Assembly (NCBI GenBank): GCA_002269645.1
Contig: NIVC01000628.1
Span: 372,001 to 436,000, forward strand
Direction of reading: 5' to 3'
Source: Macrostomum lignano
Lineage: Eukaryota
DNA length: 64,000 bases
The position numbers were made by a program, and so were the translations under genes. The notes under the pieces are model-generated. The model was not told where the DNA came from, did no database searches, and saw only the letters and a program-made list of their open reading frames with translations. How positions within the stretch are numbered: the first letter of the stretch is position 1; each line of letters opens with the position of its first letter. Shown piece by piece: positions 49,979 to 64,000 of the stretch.

Positions 49979-51245
49979 ATTGAATTAAAGTAAATAAAAA
50001 CAAGTTAATGTTTGTTCTCTCGTTCATTTTATTCCTATTTATTAAGCGAGCTACTCTACCAGAATTAAATGCAAAATACTAAATAGAAAGTATGTTTTTA
50101 TTTAAAAATAAATTCTCTACATTATTTTTTTAGATAATTAAGGAATTTATTTTGTTAAGCAAAATGTGCTTTTAATTTTGGAAAGTATTTTGTTTTATAG
50201 AAAAAAACTAAAGATGATTTAAAAATCAATATTAAAATAGATTTGTTATATGATAATAATTTTAATTTGAACTATATAACGTTGTTGATACATTTAATTT
50301 TTATCCAAAAAACCTAAGCATGCATACTTTATATATGCATACCCATATATGCCCAGCACCCATCCAACCCATACATGCGCAACTGCTGGCCGACCTGGCC
50401 GATCCGGCCACCGTAAATCGTGGCTGACCAGGGGTAAGTTGCAAAATTGAGTCAACCAAAAACAGAAAAACACAAGAACCAAGAAAGGCAAGAGGAAAGC
50501 GAAAGAAAGAGCAGTTCAGGGAAAATGGTGAAGCAAAAGAAAAACAATTCGCAAAAAAAGCAAACTAAGTTGTAAAAATAATCAGGTAAGTCGCAAAAAG
50601 GATCAGGTAAGTCGCAAAAGAAGCAAACTAAGTCGCAAAGAAGCAAACTAAGTCCCAAAAAGGATCAGGTAAGTCGCAAAAGGATTAGGTAAGTCGCAAA
50701 AGGATTAGGTAAGTCGCAAAAGGGTTAGGTAAGTCGCAAAAGGGTTAGGTAAGTTGCAAAAAGGATTAGGTAAGTTGCAAAAAGGATTAGGTAAGTCGCA
50801 AAAAGAAGCAACTAAGTCGCAATAAGAGGGAAGTAAGTCACAATCAGAGGCAATCAGGGGGTAGTAGGTGCAAGTGTGGCAGGAGAGCAAAAACAGAATA
50901 GAAGCCTTCAACAACAGACAAGATCTTTGAAATCAGAAGCCCGCGTCAACAGTTTCCCATTGATTTCTTAAACTCTGGAGCAGGGGTTGGCAAACTCCGG
51001 CTCGCGAAGCCCCTCTATCTGGCCCTCGCCCCTCGGGTTCTTTGAAACTTCCTAACTTCCTAGCAAGGTTGGTGTCTCTTCAACTCTCATCTCTCTTTTT
51101 CTCTACCTTGCCTTCCCTCTTCTCTTTCTCCCCCCTTTTCCCTCTTCTCTCTCCTCTCATTTTTACTCTCCTCTCTTCTCCCCCTTTCTCTCTACCCTTT
51201 CTCCTCAATGCCCTCTTCTCTCCTCTTATCTTCAGCAAAAATATG

Positions 51246-51521
51246 CATACATGCGCAACAGTCGGCCGAGTCGGCCGATCCGGCCGACCGATTTGGCGGC
51301 CAACCAAGGAAGTCGCAAAAATGCCCACCCGAAAAACACACACCGAAGTAGTAGTACTAAGTAGCTGACGAGGCATTTTGGCTTTAAAGGATAGTCATAG
51401 TTACTCCTGCCGTTTACCCAAAGTTGCGTTAATTTTTCTTCACGGTTTCTTACATCTAAGTCGCATTTTTGTTAAAACTTAGTCGCACGGCCGACCGAAT
51501 TTTGGAGGTTGCGCATGTATG
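51246..51521. mobile_element. 276-bp hAT MITE with the same TIR, nested
   Basis: TIR CATACATGCGCAAC; exact 8-bp TSD AAAATATG (51238-51245 and 51522-51529). Confidence 0.9.
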
Positions 51522-51844
51522 AAAATATGTGCATATTTTCTTACTTCAAAGTAGAGGGAATAGAAGATTAGAGATAAGCAAACAGAGGAGAGGCGAGCGA
51601 TGCGATGGGAGAAAAGATAGAAAAGGAGAGAAAAGCTGAGGGAGGAAAAAGAGATGAGAGAGAAGAGGAGATTAGAGGAAAGAGGAAAGAAAAGATGATG
51701 GATGAGATCAGAAGAGAGGAAAGAGGAAAGAGGAGAGAGTAGATGAGAGAAGAGAGGATAAAGAGGAGATGAGAGGAGAGTGAAGAGAGGAGAGATGAGA
51801 GAGTAGAAAAGAGAGGAGAGATAAGATGAGAGAGTAGAGTGGAG

Positions 51845-54759
51845 CCCAGTGAAAAATGATTCATGGATTCCACGTGGGTTCCACGTGGCCATGTGGAATT
51901 TAAATGTTTCTTTAATTTTTGCAAATTAATGACTTAAAGATGACATAATGGTATGCAAAGTATTTTTTATGCACTATTTTTTTAATTTTTACTGTCCTAA
52001 TGTTGATGTGGATTTTACAAGGAATTCATGAGAAATAAGCGTATATTGATTCAACATGGAATCCACTTCGATAAAAAAACTGTGATACACCACATTAAGA
52101 CGTTTTTATGAAATTACTATAATTAATTATTATATTTATATGCTTTTAAGTAAAAATTAATATCTTAAAGCTAAATTATAATCAGAAAATAAGATACTGT
52201 TTGTTAAAATAGACAAAATAGAAGTGAACAATAAAAAACGTTTCGTGCTTTTTAAAATTAAATTTATTTTATTTTATATTCGTCAATGTCTTGGTTCAAG
52301 GCCTTGAAAGATAAATTGCCTTGTTTATGGCTATTTAAGCACCTTAAAAATTTTAGTAGACGTAGCCTATAGGCAATAACTTATAAGGCCATGGCCTCCA
52401 TGGGATTAGAAATTAGATAAATCAGTATTTCATCATAGATAGGCCTAATACTTTTGGTAAAATCCATCCATGATAAATTTATTTAGGCTTATCCAATTTC
52501 TAGGAATCCCATGGCCATGTCCATAGATTGGCTACTCATTTTTTAAACTTAAATAGTCCTTTAGAAGTTCATAATTTCCTCTTAGTCCTACCTATTAGTC
52601 TTATCTATTTATGTATGCTTATTAGGCCTATTTTAAGCTAGGCCTAGGCCTATAACTATCAATTTAGGTCCTTCTATTTTAATTAAGGTTAAGACTAGCT
52701 TGACTTTGTGAATTGTGACTAGTCAATCTAGTTAATCTGTTAAAAATCTATTCATTTATGATTTTCTTCAAAAAAGCCTGTTAGCATCTTTTAGACTTGT
52801 TGCATTTTTAAAAACAATATTATTAATCATTATAAATAATTCTTTGCAATTACACTTGCAACCTGTTTTTGGCATAGCTAGCCTAGCAGATCCCTAAGGT
52901 TGCTATTATAAATAAATAATGATTATTGTAAATTTGATCTGATTTAGGCCAAGTCTAGAATTTAATAGCTATAGGGCATAGCTTTTAAGATTAGGCCTAA
53001 TGTTTAATCATACTATTTTTTTTATTAGAGGCAGGGGATTGTGTGCACCCTGGCACACGTTAAGCGACATAGGCATACAACTGGCGAGAGGCATTGCTGC
53101 CCATTCCATTAACTCCCTTGAGTAGGCACACAAGCGTGCGGATACGTATGCAGGCACATTTACATAGGAGTGTACAGTGGCCCTAACTTTATTTACTGTT
53201 AGGCATGTATACTTCACTGTGCCTTGGGGGTTGGCTCTCAAGGCCATTAATTGCACAAGCAGAGAGCCAAGCCAAGATTCCAATTCAGCCCCAAATTAAT
53301 GTGACTGCACTTAGAATCGAGCCTAGGTCGCTGGCACACCAGAGCAGCTGTGCTACCGCTTGGCTACAGCCCCCCTTTTAATCATAATAGGCCCGCAAAT
53401 ATAAAAAAAACATGCATTGCTTTGCCTAAATACTTTATAGTCTAAAATCAATTTTAAAATAAAAAATTAAATTTATAGAAACATATATTAATTTTTTATA
53501 CTTATTATTTTAATTTTATTAATTTAATTTTATTGATTGACTTGGGTAGGGTTTTCTTTTTTGCTAGAGACAAGGTGCAAAATCATACCCTATGCTCACT
53601 TTTAGGGTTTTATGATTTTAAGGCTTAAAATGCAGTTTCTCTTTTTTCTTATATAAAGGCAGTGCAAAAAAGGCTTCAACAGAAAAATAGGTAATGAGAT
53701 CACACCTAAACTGTATCATCAACTTTTTAATTTCAATTTTCAAGGTGCAATTTTTAAATTTAGGGTGCATATGCACACTTTGCGCTTAAAAAATAAACCT
53801 AGGACTTAGGCCTAGTTAATTTTAAAATAAACTTTATTTTATTTTATAAGTATTCATCATTAAATTAGTTTTATGAATTATATCAATATTATTTATCAAT
53901 CTTAATTGGCAACAATTATTTTTCTATTTCATTTCAGCCTAACATTACATGACCCATCCTCAAACTTGGATGTCACCTTGGTCTTGCATTTGAAGAAGCT
54001 TGCAAAGCTACTTGGAATTTGAATTTAATATCTCAAATGCTACCTTTTGTGAAGCAATGGTAAGTTTTAGTTATAAACTTATTTTTTTCTGTCATCAAAA
54101 TCTATCAAAATCTATTACAAAATCTGTCATCAATCTGTTATAAAATTCTGTAATTTAACCCCTTTCTTTTCTAAGGTTGCTCACCTGACCTGAAGAAGCA
54201 GCATTCTGGCAATTGGCAGCAGCATGTTTCTGACTGTTCTAATTCTGATGCATTATATTATTGTTAATTAATGCTATTGACAATGTCAATTTCAAATTAT
54301 ATATTATATCATATGCGCAGTGCAACTCTAAAGATATCAATATTTACATCAGTGTGTTTATTCTTTGTGTGCCAGTGACTCACTACTGTACATAAATACA
54401 CCTTACATCGTTTTTGAATATTGAATTTTGAATTTTTGTGCAGAAATATTTTTGGCTATAGCTAGTGTTTTATCTGTGTTTCAGTTTCTTTTATATGGTA
54501 TTGAGATCTGGGGTTCGTATGAAATTTTGAGATCTGGTATTATTTTGAGATTTAGGATGCAACAATTTATTATGGCAACCAGTATAATGGCTGCTTATTC
54601 AATGACAATGTGGATTCTATGTGAAATACATAATTACTTCCATATGGATCTTCCATGTGGAATCCATATCTTGATTCCACATGGATGGACGGAGACAAAT
54701 GCACATATGGATTTCATATGAAAAATCCACATGGAATCCATATCATTTTTTTCACTGGG
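51845..54759. mobile_element. 2.9-kb CMC/EnSpm-like non-autonomous element inserted in a GA tract
   Basis: TIR CCCAGTGAAAAA(A)TGAT..ATGGATTCCA; 2-bp flanks AG/AG; subterminal ATGGA(A/T)TCCAC repeats; the GA tract continues on both sides. Confidence 0.7.
53013..53376 (-). mobile_element. tRNA-derived SINE family 2, full-length
   Basis: Head GGGGCTGTAGCCAAGCGGTAGCACAGC..GGCTCGATTCT, A-rich tail, exact 10-bp TSD TTTAATCATA (53003-53012 and 53377-53386). Confidence 0.8.
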
Positions 54760-55709
54760 AGAGAGACGAGAGGGAAGATAAGATGAGAGAGTAGAGTGGA
54801 ATGGAGAGAGACGAGAGGAGAGATAAGAATGTAGAGAGGAGACAGAAGAGATAGGAGAGGAGAGGAAAGAGAGGAGAGAGGAGAGGAAAGAGAGAAGGGA
54901 TAAGGGATGAGAGAGAAAAGAAAAAGAGGATGAGAAGATTGAGGAATGGAGAGAATTTGCAAAGGCCTCAAATCTTAGTTTAACATGCATTACTCCAATC
55001 TTTGCCTTTTTCCTAACTGTTAACAAGTTTTTGTTTGAGCATGACTTCAAATTTAGAATCTATGCAAAAATAGTTCCGGGAATTAGAATTCAGTGGTTTA
55101 AAAATCTGTGGGTTTTCACAGCTTGTATCTCTACTGGATTCGTATTCTGCATCTGATGAGCCATCTGAATCAGGGCTCTCATCTTCCATGCCAAATCGTC
55201 TAGCAAATCGTTCTTGAGCTATAGGTCACACTGTATTCACTTCACTTACTTCTGGACATTCATGAATCATGACTTTTGTAGTATGCTCACTACACTGTAC
55301 TCACAATTTACTAATTGCTTCATGCCGCCACTAGATGACATACTGATTAGCTGTTATAAAAACGTGGAATTTGCACGCAGCACTAATTAGCTGGCGAGGC
55401 ATTTAGCTTTAAAAATATGGTCATAGTTACTCCTGCCGTTTACCTAAAGTTTTTGCTTGGCTCCATAGGTAAGTCGCATTTTTTATCGAAAACTAAGTCG
55501 CACGGCCAGCGTAATTTCAGAAGTTGCGCATGTATGATCCAACCCATCTGAACCAGACAGGTGAAATGGCCAAGGTAAGTTGCAAAATTGAAAATGGGAA
55601 AAATGAAAAATTGGGGGAAGAAAGAAAGGAGAGGAAGATAAAAGGAAATGAAAGGAAGAAGAGAGAGAGGGAAAGAGGAAAAAAGAGAAAGAGAAGAAAA
55701 GAGAACAGA

Positions 55710-56230
55710 GGAACTAAGTCGCAATTAGGAGCTAAGTTGCAATTAGGAGGAACTAAGTTGCAATTAAGAGGAACTAAGTCACAATTGAGAGGAACTAAGT
55801 TGCAATCAGGAGGAACTAAGACACAATCAGAAGGAACTAAGCTGCAATCAGGAGAAACTAAGTTGTGATCAGGAGGAACTAAGTTGCAATTGGGGGGAAC
55901 TAAGTTGCAACCAGGAGGAACTAAGTCACAATCAGGAAGAACTAAGTTGCAATTAGGAGAAACTAAGTTGCAATTAGGAGAAACTAAGTTGCAATCAGGA
56001 GGAACTAAGTCGCAATTGGGAGGAACTAAGTTGCAATTGGGAGGAACTAAGTCGCAACTGGGAGGAACTAAGTCACAATTGGGAGGAACTAAGTTGCAAT
56101 CAGGAGGAACTAAGTCGCAATTGGGAGGAACTAAGTTGCAACCAGGAGGAACTAAGTCACAATCAGGAAGAACTAAGTTGCAATTAGGAGAAACTAAGTT
56201 GCAATCAGGAGGAACTAAGTCGCAATTGGG
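55710..56230. repeat. 21-bp tandem repeat, about 25 copies; related to the 20-21-bp repeat at 50540-50830
   Basis: Unit GGAGGAACTAAGT(T/C)GCAAT(C/T)A; shared core TAAGT(C/T)GCAA, also present in the hAT subterminal regions. Confidence 0.9.
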
Positions 56231-57009
56231 AGTTTTTTTGGCCTGTCCTCTAGGCGTTGCAGTAGTGTATCTAGGCGTTGTACACATGGAAAATTTTTTG
56301 AAGGCATGATATATAGAAGGCTCCAATTTGTGTGCAGCACAATGGTGTTAGAAGAAATTGTTTCTTGCCCATGGTTTTAGCAAACTTGTAAGTCCAACTC
56401 GATTTCCTGTCATCACAGATGCTTTATCTGTTATAATGCCTCATGGTCTTGCAAAACAACTGTCACAATACTAGGAGCGTATCTTAGTAAATAAGTCTTT
56501 TAGCATATCATGCTTTGTCTTGTTTCTGTGACTGACAGTTGCTTAAATCTATAGAAGTACATTATTGGTTTGCTCTTCTCAAGCATCCAGAAATATACCA
56601 TTAGGTAACTATTTGTAGCTTTTGTATAACTATATATATTTTTCTTGGAGGACTCTCACTTCTTTGGCCATCAGTATCAGTCTCTGAATCTGAGTCCAAA
56701 TGAATGGCTGTATATAGTCCTTGGATCTGAACTTCAGTATCAATATCAGTTTATAGGCAAGATTCTATAGCAATAGATTTAGCATGAGCATTGCGCCATT
56801 ATACAAATGTCTCAAGACGTCTAGTTTCTTCATTCATTTCAAAAGCAGATTCTCTTTCAGCTAAAATTATTTGAGAAGAGCAATATGCATAGGTTGTTGT
56901 ATCTGCATCATGAATCTCAATTTTTGTATTCTGCATAGCTAGATCTCTATTAGAAGCAACAACTTCTGGATTTTTCACTGCCATTAATAGTCCCTTTCTG
57001 TGGCATTGC

Positions 57010-57411
57010 CCAAGGACTTGAGGTTGGGGCATCATTCTCCAATACAACAATGCCCCGGCCTACAAGACTCAACAAGTGGCAGAGTTTCTGGCCAGAGAAT
57101 GCATTCAAGAGCTTGGTCATCCACCCTACAGCCCTGACCTGGCCCCCTGCGACTTTTTTGTGTTTCTACAAATCAAGCTCAGGATGCATGGAATCTGTTA
57201 ACTGATCACTAGAAGCTACAGTGGAGGCCTTCATCTGCCATGTGGAAGAGGTGCCTGCTTCAGATTGTTCCAGCTACTTCAGCAAGTGGTTTGAGTGCAT
57301 GAAAATTTGCATCAAATCTGCTGGAGAGTACTTTGAAAAGATGTAACTGTTGTTTTCTCTCTAACTATTTCTGTCTGGGCACATCTGGAAACTTGTTGCT
57401 CAGCCTTCATA
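57010..57411 (+). mobile_element. Mariner transposase 3' fragment with right TIR
   Basis: IILQYNNAPAYK..HPPYSPDLAPCDFFVF..KWFECMKICIKSAGEYFEKM*; ends CAGCCTTCATA followed by TA. Confidence 0.9.
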
Positions 57412-58126
57412 TACCTGGTAGTCAAGTGGAGGTCTATCTCTAAGTATATAATGACTCAAAGAATGTACACCTATATTATATATGAGTGCACAAGTGTACA
57501 TATAGATGTTAGTTTGCCAGACATATAAAGTACAGAATGTAGAGTGTAGCCTACAGGGTACAGGCTATAGTGCAATTTAGTACTGCAGTTTGCAATGCTG
57601 CATAAGTGAATAAATGAATGATAAATCAATCGATAAAGAGAGCATGCTTGGGTACAACCTTGGAAATCACCTAGCCATTTTTATTGGCAACACACACACA
57701 TGAAAGTCACTATTGGCTGAGAGCAATCACGTGACTTTATATCTTTATATTTATTGTTTATTTATCATTTATAGTTTATTAATAGCCAAGAATTGATCTA
57801 AGGTTTTATTTTATGTTTATTTTAATTTGCTAGACCCCTAGTTGAGATTTGATCATAAATTTATATTTAATACATATGTAGCTAACTTGATATATATAAT
57901 TGGAGGGTGCAGCCAAAATCATCATATTCAAAATCGTCATATGATGATGACGACTTGAACAAATCTGGAAGACTTAAAAATTTAAATATGATAACTTTGA
58001 CCAAAGGTGAGGGTGTATTAATTTAGGATTTTCATGCATATTTTCATATTTCATACTTGCATATTTTCATTTCATGCATGTATATGCATAATCAAGATTA
58101 TTTTCCCTGGCCTATAGAGGCTTGTT

Positions 58127-59035
58127 GGGTCACTTTCACAAGCCCTAAATTTCACAACGTCACAAGACACAAACTTTCATAAGCTTTAAATTTCATAAGC
58201 CCTAATTTTCACATCGTCGAAAAGTTGTGCACAGTATTTCATAAGCTCTAAATTTCACAAGCTCTAAATTTCACAACGTCGAAAACAAAATTTGCATCAG
58301 ACTGCATAAACTATAAATTTCACAAGCCCTAAATTTCACAAGCCATACTTTTCATAAGACCTAATTTTCACAACGTCAAAAAGTTGTGCACAGAATTTCA
58401 TAAGCTCTAAATTTCACAACGCCTAAAAACACTACGGAGATACAATCTTTCACAAGACCTAAATTTCACAACGCCTAAAAACACTATGGCAATACAATCT
58501 TTCACAAGCCCTAAATTTCACAACGCCTAAAAACACTATGGAGATACAATCTTTCACAAGACCTAAATTTTATTACAACACCTAAAAACACTATGCGACA
58601 TTGATGTGACTTATGCAAGTCGTTATAGTTAATTAAGCCAGCAAAGAGAATTTATGTGCTATTTGATGGTACTTTGGGCAACATACATGTACGCTCTACG
58701 CTGTAGAGTATAGCTACCACATGAGCTAATTAACTGTCACTAAAATGGGTTCTTGATTCAGTACTTATGAAAGATTGTATCTCCATAATGTTTTTAGGCT
58801 TTGTGAAATTTAGGTCTTGTGAAAGATTGTATCTCCATAGCGTCTTCAGGCGTTGTGAAATTTAGAGCTTCTGAAAATAGAAGCAAATTTAATTTTCGAC
58901 ATTGTGATATTTAGGGTTTGTGAAATTTAGGTTTTCTGAAATTTAGAGATAGTGAAATTTAGGGCTTTTGAAATTCTGTGCATGCCTTTTAGGTGTTATG
59001 AAATTTAGGGCTTATTAGGGTTTGTGAAATGACCC
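58127..59035. mobile_element. Foldback/MULE-like non-autonomous element
   Basis: Termini GGGTCA(C)TTTCACAA.CCCTAA and its complement; long arms of CTAAATTTCACAA repeats; 9-bp flanks AGGCTTGTT/TGGCTTGTT match at 8/9. Confidence 0.75.
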
Positions 59036-60597
59036 TGGCTTGTTTAATTTGATTCCTTTATATTTGACTATATGATTTTGATGGCTCATTTGATGGTAGT
59101 TTGAATAATCCTTAAGTTATACACTGTAAATCATTTTAATTTGTTGGAAAACAAGAACATGCTGCTGCCATGAGCTAAGATCCTTGTGCAGCCAATGTAA
59201 CACAATATGACAATTTAGTAAATGCAACATTGTCTAATACTGAGATGATGACAATTCAGATAATTTAGTTGTTTTTCTTATAAGCCGCAGATGACAATCT
59301 CGAATATGACGACTTTGGCTGGAACCATAATTGGAATTGGCATTTGAGTTGTACAAAGGATGCGATAGAATCTTTTGTGTAGTTCACTTTGAGATGCATA
59401 TATATATATGAGAATGTTTTTGAGTGACATTGAGTATATAGGCCTATAGAAATTTGCATCTATTTTTAATCACCTTTATTCTTTAAAAACAAATAAATAT
59501 ATATAAATAATTATAGACAGTGAAATAAATACTCCATGCATACAATACATGTACACATATATTTGGTAGGCCCCCAAAGTAAATTATTACTGAAATGGAT
59601 ATCACCAAAGTGACTATCACCAAAGTGACTATCACCAAATTAACTATAATTCCTTTGTCATCAGATTTTGCAAGGCTTGGCTATAGCCTAGTAGGCCTAT
59701 TCAATTGTTATTGTTGATCAATTGTTACTTAATAAAATATTCTATAAAATGTAAAATGTAAAATGTAGGATTAAATACATGCTTAGAGATTCAACTTGTC
59801 TAATTCTCTAATTCTAGGCCCGAATCAAGCTTTTGTCTCTCAGAAGTCAGTCCCTTTTAAAGTTCCAACTAATTGTATGGCCTAACTAGTTAGGTGGGTG
59901 GCCTAACTAGTTTATCAAAATCTATTTTTTGATGCAAATAATCGCATTATAGACATTGCCCCTTTACTGTTACTTAACTTATATATAGCGTATAGGACTA
60001 ATTTGCATCAAATTGCAACTCTGCAACAATATAAGCAGATCAACTTGGCAATTTTTTAAGGTACACTTCGCAAATTATATATACTTGTATATACAGTAAA
60101 AGTAAATATTTGTGCGAAAATTGCAAGAAAATATCTAGGATAGTGTTCCCCTATACTAAAAATCCCACGTGAATTGCAATTCAACCCATTATTCACGGTA
60201 ATGGTGCATGCAGCGCAGTATAATATCGACTCGGCGTCGAGGGGAATTTAAAAGCGAAATGTTAACAATTTTTTAAATTAAACGAAAATATATATTAGCG
60301 TAAAAACAAAAACTTTTGTTTACATTACAGGCAACGCATTTGTTTGAGATAAAAAATGCAATAAATTTTCAAGTATAAAAAGTTTAATAAATTATACGAT
60401 TTAGGGAGTTCCGATTTTGTATTAAAAATACTTTTTAAAATAATGTTTTCTAGGAACACAAGTAACAACAAGAACTAATTATCGTGAGATACATTGCTAC
60501 TATTATCGGGTTTACAACTAAAAGCCTTCACTAGATAAGTCTATTAGGATTACATTTGAATCTACATATTAATAAACACCCTTAAATTGGCTTTGCT

Positions 60598-63891
<3,294 letters not shown>

Positions 63892-64000
63892 GTGCAATCT
63901 TCTACTATGATTTGGGTGTTTAATAAATCTAAAGGCTATTCTTTCATGATAATTTTAAAAAAATCGTCACTTGATTGTCTTTTTTTGCGAGTAAAAGTCA

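Larger units (their letters stand above)
50370..55536. mobile_element. 5.2-kb non-autonomous hAT element carrying nested insertions
   Basis: 14-bp TIR CATACATGCGCAAC/GTTGCGCATGTATG; exact 8-bp TSD ATCCAACC (50362-50369 and 55537-55544). Confidence 0.88.

Noticed and set aside
55040-56990. Further 5' exons of the SAFB-like gene (acidic open stretches at 55.1-55.2 and 56.8-57.0 kb)
   Set aside because: No recognisable SAP domain, no phase-consistent chain established, and one stretch lies inside a transposon.

Overview
Eukaryotic (metazoan) genomic DNA, not prokaryotic. Spliceosomal introns, GC3-rich exons and minisatellites in many introns suggest a free-living flatworm such as Macrostomum; this is an inference. 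Seven host genes were reconstructed by hand: a PH / Pro-rich / multi-SH2 adaptor (+, 7.7-15.6 kb), actin (+, 23.1-24.4 kb), UNC119 (-, 26.9-31.9 kb), FTSJ1/TRM7 with an unexplained C-terminal extension (-, 37.0-39.8 kb), an SRSF7-like gene with an intronless CDS (-, 41.7-42.2 kb), a SAFB/SLTM-like gene (-, 45.1 kb to at least 48.7 kb) and the 5' part of a PFKFB gene (+, from 60.6 kb). Mobile DNA is dense: a near-intact Ty3/Gypsy element running off the left edge, a decayed THAP/P-type transposase, a Penelope-like element and hammerhead motifs, an RNase H-bearing LINE with LTR insertions, two tRNA-derived SINE families, a mariner fragment, and hAT, CMC-like and MULE-like non-autonomous elements, including a multi-level nest at 50.4-55.5 kb. 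Most long repetitive ORFs in the supplied track are artefacts of tandem repeats. No CRISPR array, rRNA or bona fide tRNA was found. All calls are by eye; no database searches were run.
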